63,526 nt of DNA, filler included, from Intoshia linei (GCA_001642005.1; 5 parts of 5 records of this genome joined end to end with filler, not necessarily neighbours in it); one strand, 5' to 3'. Counted from the whole stretch's first letter, positions 38,690-51,954 are shown. The notes: generated from the letters alone by a model not told the origin. Made by a program: numbers and translations.

Positions 38690-39802
38690 GGCATTTGAAA
38701 GCTTCAAGTTTTTGTTTCAAAACATTATTTTCTTTTGATAAATCTTGATTTGATTTTAAAATTTTCTATGATTAAAATAAGATGATGAATTAATTTTAAT
38801 TATAATTATAATTTTAAGGAAATGTTATTACGTCTACATGCTGAGATCTAGTATATTCCAATTTTTTAATGTACTCTTTGGCTCCATTCTTGTTATCTGT
38901 TTTATTTGAATCCAAATACGGTTCAATATCAGTTGATTGTTTACAAGCACAATTACTAAGAGTCAATTGATCTTGTAAACTGCCAACTTTTCCTTGTAAT
39001 GCAATAATTTGTTGGGATCGACTTTTTGAACCAATCGGTTTAGTCAACAATTCGTTAATATCAACTTCAGTCCCAATTTCATTTTTTAAAACCTTTTATA
39101 AAATATTTCATTTAAAATTCAAACATGCAAAAAATTCAAAATTACCGCATGAGCCTTTCTTATGTCATTTTTTAATGCAATTATATGATTGTTTAAATCC
39201 ACAATTTTTGTTTCATAAAATTTACATTTACAACTAACATGGTTTATCGTTTTTTTGTCATCTTCTTTTTTTACCGTTGGTTTATTTAACTATACAATTT
39301 TTGAATCAATAACTAGTTATTTGAACCTGATTCTCCAACTTTTTTATGCGCCTTTCTGAATGACTGTATTTTGATTTTTCTATTTCCACTAAACTATTTA
39401 ATTGTCGAATTCTTTTTGCCATATCTACAATTTTTAACCCTACAGTTTCATCGGTAACGTTTGATAAATGACCATTATCCAATCTTTCATTGTTTATAAG
39501 TTGTAATTTTTTCAATTTCATGTCTTTTTCAGATAAACAACTATAAACACGACTTAATTCTGATTTAGTCGAGTTTAATTGCTTATTTAAATCATTCAAT
39601 AATTTATCAGTGTCCAAAATGTTGTTAGATAATAACTATAATCATTTAAATATAAATTATACGATTAAGAATAGTTATTTAGAATTCACATATTTACCTC
39701 ACTTTCAAATACGCTTTGTGGTGTCTGTTGTTTTTTTTTATCCTTTTCATTTTCAATTTCATTTTTTTCTGTATGGCGTAATGAAATTAATGACGTTGAC
39801 AT
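38690..39802 (-). CDS. CCDC13: Coiled-coil domain-containing protein 13, 5' portion
   Basis: VGLKIVDMAKRIRQLNSLVEIEKSK...RIKKLENQ and LKNDIRKAHAVLKNEIGTEVDINELLTKPIGSKSRSQQIIALQGKVGSLQDQL resemble conserved CCDC13 blocks (KIVELSKKNR; KVLAREVGEDINVQQLL...RGRAQQILVLQSKV). Confidence 0.8.
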
Positions 39803-40049
39803 TATTAGTTTTAATTCTTACAAATATTTTATCATTTTTTCGTTTTTATGTATATTTGTATCCCAGCATATAAAAACAATTTGGTAAGTCAAATAAACAT
39901 TTTAATAATCAAATTTGATAAATTTATATAAAATTAACATGTTTATAAATACATGTAAGCAATACCAAATCTACCATACCTAAACCTTTCTTCGGGGATT
40001 CCACCAACTTTAAGTATAATGGGTTCCTCAGTTTTTCAAATTGAATATT

Positions 40050-40420
40050 TAAAAAAGTCATTTTGTGAAAGTAAATTATTTTGTGAGTGGTAATTTTTAT
40101 AAATAACTGTAGGAACTGTCATTTTTTTTAAAATTATAGAAGTTTGATTTTTAAAAAAAAGGTCATTTTGGGTTTTGATCCTGCAGATTTATTTTTTAAA
40201 ATTAAAATTTATGATAAAGTTCATAATTTAAAATCTGTATCAGATTTTATTTTTTTAAATTTTAGGACATTTTCTGAGGAAAACTTTTGAAGATTTAAAT
40301 TTATCATACTTTCTATTGGAAAAAAATGATCTAGAATTTATGTTTGTTAAAATTCTATAACTCTTATTTATTGAAATAAACGGTAACACACAGTCAAAAA
40401 AAAGTTTAATATAAGTTAGA
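40050..40420 (-). mobile_element. Degenerate Helitron-family fragment
   Basis: Shared blocks and 5'-end motif aaataaacggtaacacacag...tatataagttaga. Confidence 0.55.
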
Positions 40421-40565
40421 ATTAAATTGACTAATAAATAAATTGTAATTTAAATAATAATAAAAAAAATGAATTTTCTGTTGTCGCAAGACAATTTCTT
40501 CTTTGGCTCACCAAATTTTTATGGTACATCGTAAAAAGTATTGACAACATGGAAATTTCAAAAAA

Positions 40566-40685
40566 AATATACAACACTTGGTCTTCCCAGGCGGTCACCC
40601 ATCCAAGTACTAACCAAGCCCGAAGATGCTTAACTTCTGTGATCGGACGAGAACAGGTGTTTCCATCTTGGTATGGCCGTATTGA
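40566..40685 (-). rRNA. 5S rRNA gene
   Basis: Minus strand TACGGCCATACC...CTCGTCCGATC...GAAGTTAAGC...GGTTAGTACTTGGATGGGTGACCGCCTGGGAA...GTGTTGTA followed by a T7 Pol III terminator. Confidence 0.97.
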
Positions 40686-41627
40686 TACATTTACATCAAT
40701 TATCTACTTAAATAAAACAAATTTTAAATTATAACGTAATTAAATATTATACACAAGTATAATCGTCATGACTCATGATAGAAAATAAAAATTTATTGAC
40801 AAATTAATTGGAAATAAAATAAAGTTAACTTTTTATGAATGAGTAATACTCATTGAGTATATCAGCTCAATCGTTGTTAGTAGTATAGTAATAGTTTAAA
40901 CAATTTAAACTATTTAAAGCATCAGAGATAGTGTAATTTACTGTGCAAGATTCTGTAATTAATGTATGTAAAAAATGATAAATTAATTAATTAATAAGTG
41001 ATAATTCATCACTTTTTATTACATATATATACATTATTACTGATAATTGTAATTTCAACCAATTATCTACATAAATTGGAGTGTGATACAGCAGCTTTTG
41101 CTTTAGCGACTATCGTTCCATCATCATCAAAACATTCCACAATTGTTTTTACGTGAACATACAATGTAATAGGTTGAATAATATTTAATGACTTTTGACC
41201 AATCAATAAATTTGGTTTTGCAATATTTGGGTCGTAGAGGGATGGTGGTAAATGCTTTTTTCCGAGTGTCGCATTTGGAAAGAGCCAAATTCATGCTAAC
41301 GACAAGGTTAGATGCATTTGTATAGTAATTTGATATATTTGATGTTATATTATGGTATAAATGGAAAAAGCAGTGACATGAAACAACTTTGAAAATTTAA
41401 AACTTTTTCCATTGTCGGATTCAAATGTTTTACTCATTAGTTTTGAACCTCCAAACGTCATATAAGACGCGGCATCGCTTAACAATAGAATAAAACTTAG
41501 GTTTTAAATTAAAGGAAGATATAGCACCAGCTACTTTATCTCTAATATAAATATTATTTAGAGATAATTCTAATACATCAACGCAAACGAGGTAAGAGAA
41601 TGAAGGTTTATTTACTAAACCTAAATA

Positions 41628-42135
41628 CAGGGTGGGCCGTAAGTCGCGCACCAAAGAATTAATTTAATTAGTCTTGTAGATCATGATGTTTTGTTTAGCG
41701 ACGAAGCTAATTTCTTTGTAAACGATGAAATTTATAAACAAAATTTTCGTTATTATTCGCGCGAAAACCCGCATTGGATGGATCCTACTAAAGAGCACTC
41801 ATATCCAAAAGTGCTAGTGTGGTGCGGACTTTGGAGGAGTCATGTTTTGGGTTCATTATTTTTCAACAAGACAGTGACTGGCGAGGTGTACTTGAAAATG
41901 CTACAAAATGATCTTATGCCACAGATGGAGCGCATCGGTGAAGGAAAACTTTTATAGTTTATTAACTCATTACATTTAAAATTTATTAGCGCCCCGCCTC
42001 ATTATACAACGATTGTGCGAAATTGGCTGAATGCCAATTTTGAAAATTGGATTGGACGATTAGACACCGTAGAATGGACACTAAAATCCCCTGACTTGAT
42101 TCCAATGGATTTTTATTTTTGGGGCCATCTAAATC
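41628..42135 (+). mobile_element. Internally deleted mariner-like (rosa/Visitor DD41D-type) remnant
   Basis: TA|CAGGGTG terminus; FSDEANF...QNFRYYSRENPH...KVLVWCGL...TVTGEVYLKML, APPHY, WIGR and SPDLIPMDFYFWGHL. Confidence 0.8.
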
Positions 42136-43706
42136 CATTACCTTTAATCATCGTTGCCTTTCACCACTTAGATCCGCTACTGACTTATGGATTGGAATAC
42201 GCTACAACGAGTGTTAACAGTGTCAACTTGACACCTTAATATTGTTTTATTATAAATTATAGTGTATAATGATTAAATTTTATTTTTGAACTTTATAAAA
42301 AAAAATTGTAATTAATTTTGTAAATTAATCATTTTTTAATAAAAGGATTCAATTTATATTTTTTCAGTTATATGAAAAAAAACCAATTAATTGAAAAATT
42401 AATAGATAGCAAACAATTAATTGGTTTATACAAAATATTGCAATCAATTATTTTCAACCTTATGTCTGAAGTAATTAAAAATTAAAATGTTATAATACAC
42501 ATGTAGTTAATAAATCAATGCACTCATACAAAAATTCATTCCACGTTATTATTTTATCTACATTGTATTTTGTATTTTATATCATTTATGTTTTGTCATA
42601 TAACTAATTATAACTCTAAATCACATATCGGTTAATAAATTTTTCAAACAAAAATAAATTAGTCAGAATGAATGCCTTGAATCTCTAAACAGTTTGAAAA
42701 TTTTGGATTGTACTTATGGGATAGCAACAGGGTTTACCGAATAAGAATTAAATCATGAATTTGTTTATTTTTACGATTAATGTTAATCAAGAATCGTTAC
42801 CCATGTATCTTTACATCAATTTATTTGGTACATTTAACCGTTCGTAATATTACATTGTAGAAAATATCTGAAATGTTTTTAATTTATTTACATAAATAAT
42901 TAAAAATATATAAAGCAACAAACGCAATTCAACTATAAATCAAAATTAACTGTATGCAGTTTAGTGTGTTAGATAGGTTGTCGATATTTTCTTTTAAAAG
43001 TTTTATGTCGAATTATCAAAATTTACTGGACCAAAAAAAATATAGATATGTATCCATAAAACTAAAATGTATAGCCAATTTATTTATAGAAAATGATACT
43101 GAAGTGCACAATTTGATTTACGAGAATACATAACTAATATTTGAAATGTAATAATACTGTGTCCAATTCAATTAATTAAATATAACCCAATTATATGATT
43201 AATAGTAATAAAAGTAGAATTTATCAATTAAAGGGATACTATAAATGAAATAATTAAATATAAACACGGAAATTGTTCCATTTATACATGTACTTAGCAG
43301 CGATATCGCTAATAATCAAGTGTTTATACGGAAGAGCATGTAAAAGACTTACATTAGTCATTAATAATACATTTCATAAAATCAATATATTTTTAAAATG
43401 AGTTGCGCTCCAAAAATCCAGTCGAAATAACACGCTATAATTTATAGATTGAACAATAAATATAATATTCTCATTGCTGAAAACTACATTTCTACTGCAT
43501 CCAATGTAAATAGTCATTTAATATGCTTGACTAAATTATAGAATATTTCGATAAAATCTAGTGAAACATTTTAAAAATCAAACAATTTACAATTACTGTA
43601 AAAATTGACAACAAGAATGCAAATATAATGGAAAAGTAAATTATTTGTTAGACTAATTTGTTCGTCGTAATGCGCAAATTTGATTAAAAATATTTCAACA
43701 TTCTCA

Positions 43707-46700
43707 ATGTACTTTAATTTAAAATATTCAATTTTATGGATCTTGATTGTATCAAGTAATTTACTTGCACAGAATAAAATTGATCAAGAAACAATCATCC
43801 ATACGCCAATCGATATAAACCCCAACTTGACGAGTAACGATGACGCTATATACGTGGTAGTTTTTTCCAATATAAAAGAGGGTGGACAGCCAGGGTATGG
43901 GTGTGGTTTGATAGATATTTCTGGCATTCAACAAGTAGAAGCCATTCTATGGACTTTTCGAAACAAATTAACAAAAATAGACGATCCACCAATAGGGATA
44001 ATTATTATCAATATCTGTCACAATAAACCGCGAGCCATACAACAAATGCTCAATTCTTTTCTACTTAAAGTTGGTAGTATCAAAATTAACCAAATTTTTG
44101 CATATATTGGAGACGTTTATGACGTGGAAATGAATCTCATACTGTCGAGCTTTGCGTCTACTATACATAAACCTTTTTTTAGTCCTACGCCATCTCTAAT
44201 ATCTACTGTTGTTAAGCCGGTCAACATATCACAAGAATTTAGTGAAATTTCCTTCTCAAGCAACCGTTTAACTGTTAATTTTACATCGCAATTATATAAC
44301 CCATTTTGGTCAATCCATACTTCTCCTTCGTTGGAAGATGACGTTGATGCACTAGCCAATTTTTTTGTTGACCAGAAAATAAATTATGTGCAAATTATAT
44401 ACGAGAGCAGTAGTATTGGATATTCAACATTCAAACAACTTAAAAATAGATTAATTTTATCAAAACCTACAGATTCATCATATGAATCAATTTGTGTTAC
44501 CAACAGTGTAGGTTTTAGCGGATCAGCAGAATCTCATAAAGTAGTAATATCTTCTATAACGGCCAATATTTCAACAAATAGAATTGTTATTATAGTTTTT
44601 AATCAAAATATAAAAAAATCCTTGATAAACCATCTGGAAAGTTATGAATATATCAGAAATTATCAATTGTATTTTTTACCATCAAGTGAACTCGGAAGAA
44701 ATTTTCAACTCGAAAATTTGAGTTCAACGGATGGTTCCATTAAAATTGTTCCACAGTGCTTGTGGTCAACATATACAGATTTTGTAAATTACTACAAGAA
44801 TTTAAAACCCACAAAATCAAATGTTGTTTCAAATATTTGGTTGCAATCTTATTGGCAATTTTTACACAAATGTGATGTGATTATTGATCCTTTGTTGACA
44901 CCTAATAACAATAAATGCGACTTGTCTATCCAATCTCTTGATTCTAAATTATTATCACCTGATATCTTATCAGTTATCACAGCTGCTACAATAATAACTA
45001 CATCTCTACGAGAAATTAAATTTTCCAAATGTGGTTCAAATATGTGTCAAGATTTCAAAATTCTTATACACAAAAACTTGAAAAACCAAATTATTAATCT
45101 TTTTAAAAAAAAAAGTTTAGTGAATAATGTTTACTTGAGATACGATAAAAATGGCGTTGTTCACATGAATCCCAAAGAATATTGCTTTTATAATAAACAA
45201 ATTTACCTGGGAGAAAAAATGTATACATTGGTAATTTTTTTGGTTAATATTACCTGGTGCAGATGATACTATTTGCGCCATCATTGTTATCACTATATAT
45301 AATTGTGATGGTTATTATCTAAACAAAATTACCCGTATTGAATTTTTTAAATGGGGCTAAAAATTAAAATTGCTTTTGAAATTTTTTTAAATATAAAATA
45401 ATATTTATAAATTAAAAACTAATAAATTAATCTTTTTAAAACTCAAAGTTTATTAGATAATGTTTACTTGAGATTCGATAAAAATGGCGTTGTTTACATA
45501 AATCGTAATTAATATTGCTTTTATAATAAAAAAATTTATCTGAGAGAAAAAATGTATAAATTGGTAAATTTTTTTGGTTAATATTACGTAGGTCTAATAT
45601 AAGTATCTATTACGTGGTGCAGATAATACTATTTGCGCCATCATCGTTATCACTATGCAGAATTGTGATGGTAATTATCTAAACAAAATTACCTGTCCTG
45701 AATTTATAATATGGCGCCAAAAATTAAAGTTGGTGTTGAATTTCGTATACTTTAAAATTTTAGATACAAACAGTAAATATCAAATCTTGGGGTTACAAAA
45801 ACGTTGTGGACAAAAAAATTAACCAAAATGTTCCTATATTTATGAGTTTCAACTATACTCAAGAAATATTTGAAAAAATGTACATGTATAATTCAGGTAA
45901 AGAATACTCTCCAGTTGAATCTACGTGCCCGTCAATTTACAGTTGCAACGAATGTATGTATTTACTAGATGCCAATAAAAAATCTGTTGCAAAAGATGAA
46001 TCCCAATCTTATCAAATGGCATTAATTATTCGACCAGGTTTTTAAAATTTAAGATGTGTGACTTTATTAATTTCAGGTTATTGGACAATGGTTCTGATTG
46101 GTTTGGTTTGTGTTGCTTTATTTGTTATTGTTTGCATTGAAATTTACGTGTTTGTGAAATGTTGTATGCTAAATAGCTATTCTGATAGTGAAACGTTTGT
46201 CGGGGATCAGTTCTTAATTTTATTTCTATTTTTGGCTTTCACTTCTTTGCTGACTGTAGTTTTTGTTCCTTCTTACGAATCTTGTACATCTATGCGAATT
46301 GTTATTGGTATTTCGTTTACTTTGATGTACATTTTAATGCTAATCAAATTAGTCGCACTGTCTCATTTCGACAAGGTAATTTTTCTTTTTTTAAAAATGT
46401 AAATACTTAATTTAGTATGCCGTTGAAACGCCACTAACACTATTATTCCTGAATACTTTGTTTGCTGTAATAATAGAAATTTTAGTGATTGTTTTTTCGT
46501 TTTATATAGATCCAATCACGGCAATATTTGAAAACGTTGAAGTTAAATATCAGACAATGTGCACAAAGAATTTCCCCACATCACTGGCGTTTTACTCTTA
46601 TATTGGATTTATCATTATCTTGAACGTGATTTACTCCATCAGATCTTATTCTATGATGACCAACCATCGTGAATCCATGTATATAGGAATAACTTGTGGG

Positions 46701-47252
46701 TTTACATTACCAATATGGGTATGTTGGATAGTCTTAAGTATATTTGGAATTTCTGAAGAACTACGGGAAGCTACTCTAGCGTTCGGGTTGTATATATCAG
46801 CATTCTTGTGTCTAATGATCGTAATTGGTCCTAAAGTGTACTTTATGTTTTATATAAACAACTCATTAGTTTTGGGACCCATGAGTGCATATGTTAATCA
46901 AGATATAAGTCTACACGAATCTGAACCATCACCAGCAAATTATGAAAAAACACCGGATTTTTCTGCAAAACCTTATTACCGCAGCCCTGATAAAAATTCT
47001 CAAACTATGCCTAGTATATGCAGATACGGCGATTCAAAAACTGATACTTATCAACAAATTAATCATTCATCGGCCACCTTAAACCCCGGTCGAATTAAAA
47101 CATATCGACAAAATACATACAAACCATCCACCATACAACTAAATGGAGACTTTTACACAGAAGAAACTATACTCAGACCCATTCACTCAAAGCCAAATAA
47201 TCAAAACACACGTAATCATCTAAGTGAATTTTGTGAAAATAATTTAGATTAG
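43707..47252 (+). CDS. Class C (metabotropic glutamate receptor-like) GPCR, 4 exons
   Basis: Signal peptide, Venus-flytrap-like ectodomain (GYGCG...GIQQVEAILWT...IGIIIINIC; FVNYYKNLKP...NIWLQSYWQFLHKC), and a 7tm_3 region (CTSMRIVIGISFTLMYILMLIK; NHRESMYIGITC...IWVCW; IGPKVY). Exon 1 is 43707-45230; exon 2 starts at 45764. Confidence 0.88.
45093..45742 (+). repeat. Tandem duplication (about 300 bp x2) of the GPCR exon-1 end, splice donor and intron start
   Basis: 45093-~45385 is repeated at 45426-~45742 with substitutions and a short insertion. Confidence 0.9.
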
Positions 47253-47321
47253 AAGCAAACCAAGACAAAACCCTCATATAATACCAAGATAATAATGAAT
47301 TAATTAACCGAAAATACTTTA

Positions 47322-47889
47322 TTAAACATTAATTCTAAATTTAGAAGAGTAGTATGAATCTTCCGCAAATTTTAAACATGAATTTACACGCTGTCGTATA
47401 TCTATCAGTTTTTTTAATGTATCTGAATTAAGTGCATTGAATTTGCTCAATTCTTTGCCAAAGTGAGAGTTTAATTTATCGTATGAATTTATTATAAATT
47501 GATTTTTTAGTTCCGATATTAGTTCCAAAAGCGTTTTTGCAGATTTTATCATGTTGGCACATTTCACTTGGATTGAATAACAGTCTACTTCTGCATTTAT
47601 CAGTTTTACTTCAGTGTTGTTCTCAGTTTGAGACTATATGTATTTTATTAACAAGTATAAAAATTTAATACAAGCTTTTTAACCTTTAATGTTTGATTTT
47701 GTTTTAGTACATTTATATGTTAATATACTTTACAGTAAAACACATCGAAAAACCAATTAAAGGTGAGAAAACATTACAATGTTAGATATAAACCTTCATG
47801 ACGTCTACAATTTCTGAAAAATTGTTCAATAAAGACTTTACATTTGATTGAACCGTATTTTTATAACTTTTTATAATCTCCTCAGACAT
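47322..47889 (-). CDS. MED22: Mediator subunit 22, 2 exons
   Basis: IKSYKNTVQSNVKSLLNNFSEIVDVMK|...YSIQVKCANMIKSAKTLLELISELKNQFIINSY...AEDSYYSS resembles Med22 (SYNKRLKDDIKSIMDNFTEII...[32 protein letters not shown]). Confidence 0.85.
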
Positions 47890-48200
47890 AACTTGGCATT
47901 GAAAATTTTGTTATAGTGATATTATAACGATAATTTAGCTAACGTTCATAAGTAGTAAAAAATTTTCAAATATTAATTAAATCGGAATAAAAAAAAATTA
48001 CAGATTTGTGTTATGTTTTTATTTATATAAAAATAAGGGCCTTATTCAGTTTACGCATTACTCATTTCATTATTCACTTTAGTATTCATATTTTTTTTCA
48101 TAAATATTTTTAAAACAAAAAATGTCAAATAATTAACATAATAATTAATCGACATTTTATAGCACTAAAAATTCGATGATAATGCTAATTTTATTGACTT

Positions 48201-48300
48201 NNNNNNNNNNNNNNNNNNNNNNNNNNNNNNNNNNNNNNNNNNNNTTAATTAATTAANNNNNNNNNNNNNNNNNNNNNNNNNNNNNNNNNNNNNNNNNNNN
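48201..48300. other. Assembly gap with TTAATTAATTAA spacer
   Basis: 100-nt N run with linker. Confidence 0.97.
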
Positions 48301-48876
48301 TAGAGTTGGCAGTATTTCTTTAACTTATTTATAATATGGTTTTTATGTTTAATCAGAATGGTACTAGTACTCCACAAATTTATAACCTTCAATACATCTC
48401 TCATTTTCGGAAAATTATAGTAAGCAAAATCTTTCATAACATACCCAATTAACTATATATTGTATTTGGATCTTGTTGGTAACATTAAATGGTAGATTAA
48501 TTTTATAAAGTAAATAAATTTTTAGATGACAATAAGAAAAATATTAATTTATCTGTAATTTACTATTTCATTTAATAAACACTATTTAACATCAACGCTG
48601 ACTCCTAAAATTTGGTATACAGATACGTATGAATGATAAAAATATAATTATTGATTGTTATATTACGATAACATTTTATTATAATCATAACGTTCATCAA
48701 AATCAAAAAAACTCAACTTTTAGTATATTTCCCGCCCTTGAGCACCACTATAACATTATGGTAGACTTTTATGATTTCGTACAGATGTATAGATTAATGA
48801 AACAAATGAAATTTTCACTTGTTCCTACAGAAAATCTAAAAATAATTATTTACTATGAAAAACATGTCCACCCTAA
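48301..48876 (-). mobile_element. Second hATm-like 5' end, related to 37703-38523
   Basis: Minus-strand TTAGGGTGGACA terminus at 48876; ORF remnant YNFPKMRDVLKVINLW...HIINKLKKYC. Confidence 0.55.
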
Positions 48877-49432
48877 TGTACATGTATAATGTTTACATAA
48901 TAGATTATGACATTATACATTTATATATGTATAATATATACATTGTATATATTACATAATAATGGGTGCCCATTTAAGGTTAAGGATTAGATTTAAGGCG
49001 AATAACTTTGATATTAAGCAAAGTACAGATTAATGTATGTGATATTTAAAATCGTGTAGGCTTGTGTAATGTATTTTTCATGATTATAAAATTATTCATT
49101 TGGTTTCTTACCTTCCACAGGTAAAAACGTATTTTTTCTTAAAATTCTTATTTTTTTATTACCTCATAAAATGCAACTTTAATTTACAAAAATATCCCGT
49201 GGTACTCATGAGTGTGTAATAAGCGAAACAGATAAAAACCAAATAGTTTTTTTGACAAGTTGGAAAGATAACGTTATTATCACCCTTTTGTCTACGATGC
49301 ATAACGAAAAAAATTGATAAAGATTTCAGAGCTGGTGTAAAAATTTATAAAATTCTAAGACTGATAGTTATTTAAATAAACTATAACAGACACACAGACA
49401 ACAAAGCATATTATATAAGTAAGGAGTATTAT

Positions 49433-50830
49433 CAGGGACGTGGCGTCAAGGTAGGCAGTGCCTACCCTGAGCAAATTTTAAAATATAATTAATAATTATC
49501 AAATACAGTATAAAAAAATATTTAAATAAACTGCAAAATTAAACTTTTTATAGTAAATTGTCATTTTAAGTTTCTCTTGGAGACGTTTAATGCATAATAA
49601 TATAGTTAATTAATTAAATTAATCAATTCATTGTAAAGTTGATATAATTTATGTAAGAATTTGTTACTCATAAATGAGTCATTATATGACTACATAAATG
49701 TAGTAGACACAGCCAAGATAATATTTTGCTAAACTTTTAAAGTCTAAACAAATATGCTCAAATTATTGATTGAATTAGTAGCGTAATTGCATGCTACTTT
49801 ATGACGTAAGTTACTTCATGTAACTAACTATACTAAAATAGCACTGGGTAGGTAGCATTAAAATATGCATACCTCACATTTGCACTGATCTATAGAAACG
49901 ATACAAAATTTACATATCGTTTTATAATAAACGTAATTAAATCATTGCAGTGCAACAAATAATTTCAATTGTTAGAATTTTCCATAATATAATTATTTAT
50001 CAGGGTAGGCATGCATAGAATGTGCCTACTTCACATTTGCACTAATCTATAGAAACAATACAAAATTTACACATCTTTTATAATAAATAAATTGTATTGA
50101 AGAGTACAATTTAAACTAAGGGTACTTAATGTATGTCAACAAATGAATCAGAGGTTTGAAGACTTCAAGTAACTTAGGTTTTTTTCTTTGGTAAGCCCCA
50201 TTACAAATTCTAATATTGTTTTTGAAATGGATAAATTAGCTTTAAGTTGTTTAAAGCATAATTATGGTCAGTTTTTTGATGTCGTGCGATTGAAAAGTGA
50301 TCTAGTTGGGATTTACAATTACGAAATGCTAAAATCGAAATCTATTAAAGATCTTACTTTCAGATTTGAAAACGATCTAAACTCAATTTTTTGTGAAATT
50401 GTGACAGTTAATATTGACCATTCCAGCCACAACTGTTTCGGTGGAAAGATCTTTTTCCACTTTAAAGCGGATAAAATCTTTCAGTAGAAATAGAATGATT
50501 AGTCAGAGATTGTCTTCTTTAGCATTAATATCAACTGAGAAAGAATTGTGAAGATGGAAGAAGATAATACGTTTAATTTTTATGATAAAGTAACTGATAC
50601 TTTTTCTCAATCTAAAGAACAAAGATTATCATTTACATTTAAATAAACTTGTATTTTTTATACTATATTGCTACATTTGAGCTGTTAAAAAATTTTTACG
50701 TTCTTAAAACATTAAAAAATATTAAAATGAATGTTTGAAAATTAATGACACTTTTTAAAAACCCGTATATAAAAATTTCTTTGGTAATATACTGTGCCTA
50801 CCCAGACAATTTTTCCACGTGACGTGCCTG
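49433..50830 (+). mobile_element. Internally deleted hAT transposon (Tip100/ZMYM1-like C-terminus)
   Basis: TIR CAGG(G/C)ACGT(G/C)(G/A)CGT; perfect 8-bp TSD AGTATTAT; frameshifted dimerisation motif ILTIPATTVSVERSFSTLKRIKSFSRNRM..RLSSLALISTE at about 50410-50545. Confidence 0.9.
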
Positions 50831-51219
50831 AGTATTATGTTACTTATATACAGTGGAGGCTCGTAGATCAAAATAATTGATGGAGTTGCAAAAAAATAGA
50901 TATTATTTTAAAAAAATAAAAAATACCTTAAGACATGCACTTTTAATATAATCTGTCAACAATAAATATTCAAATAAATTTAATTTAAACAATATTTATT
51001 ACATTGTATCAAACAAACATTGGAATCCAATGATTGGATGAAACTTTTGAAACCATAGTTAATTCGACAATTAGCTTTTAACTTTTAACTGTTGTTATTG
51101 AGTTTCACTTAGATGCAGAGTTGCCAAATTAAAAAGTTCATATTGCGCAGAATAGTGCGTTGGAAAACTTAAATTTAAAAACTTCAAATTGATTGACTAG
51201 TAATAATCATTATTTACAT

Positions 51220-51450
51220 TTTAACTTATATAAAATGCGACGCGATTTTTGTTTGTGTGTGTGTGTTCAGCTTTATTTAAATAACTACCCATCTTAGAAT
51301 TTTTTAAAGACAAAATTTCAATTATAGTTTTAATCGGGACGTATATTAAGATATATTTCAACCTCCCAATTTCACATCTTAAGGGTCAAAAACCCCGTGT
51401 TGTCCTTCTTTTTGAAAATTAAACGAGTTGGAGAATTTAAAAAAATATAT
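51220..51450 (+). mobile_element. Helitron 5' fragment
   Basis: aacttatataaaatgcgacgcgattttttgtttgtgtgtgtg... nearly matches the start of the 57549 copy. Confidence 0.7.
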
Positions 51451-51454
51451 ACCA

Positions 51455-51954
51455 ATATGTCAAAAAATGTGAGTGAAAAAGTTATTTCGAAGATCAAATC
51501 GTGGAGTATTACCGACAGTGATGTCAGATCTACGTTATATCGTATATGAGGTGAGGAATACAGAAGTTTTTATGTTACTGAAGATGATTTGATTTATTGT
51601 ACCAATCTTCAAGGTCTTATGGATATATTAAATATAGATTATATGTATGATGATTGGTACATTTTTCTAGATGGGTCTACATCAAGTCTGAAAGTTATCA
51701 TTATCAATTCCAAAGGATGTTACTATTTAATTATATTAGCATACTCACGAAAATTGAAGGAGTCATATATTAACATGAAAAAAAATTTTTTACGAATTCA
51801 ATATCATTCATACAACTGGATGATAACGGCAGATCTAAAAATGATTACGATTTTAACAGGAATGCAATTGGGTAACACTAAGTACCCCTGTTATTGGTGT
51901 TATTTCAATGCGACCGATCGAGTTAATCATTATCATATTGATATATTAATGTAA
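51455..51954 (+). pseudogene. Chapaev3-like (CMC group) transposase fragment
   Basis: DWYIFLDGSTSSLKVIII...LKESYINMK...IQYHSYNWMITADLKMITILTGMQLGNTKYPCYWC resembles the W.LFIDSS..SLK / DLK...G.Q.G.TKYPCFLC motif set. Confidence 0.65.

Noticed and set aside
37610-38690. ECHS1 and CCDC13 look truncated, as if pseudogenes
   Set aside because: Both run towards the same assembly gap, so the missing exons are probably unassembled.
40478-40497. GTTGTCGCAAGACAAT palindrome as an RFX X-box upstream of the ciliary gene CCDC13
   Set aside because: Spacing and second half-site deviate from the X-box consensus; it also resembles the Ginger-end hairpin.
40549-40734. 61-aa ORF on the + strand
   Set aside because: Antisense shadow of the 5S rRNA gene.
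41050-41620. Coding-looking patch upstream of the mariner remnant
   Set aside because: No consistent frame or recognisable motif.
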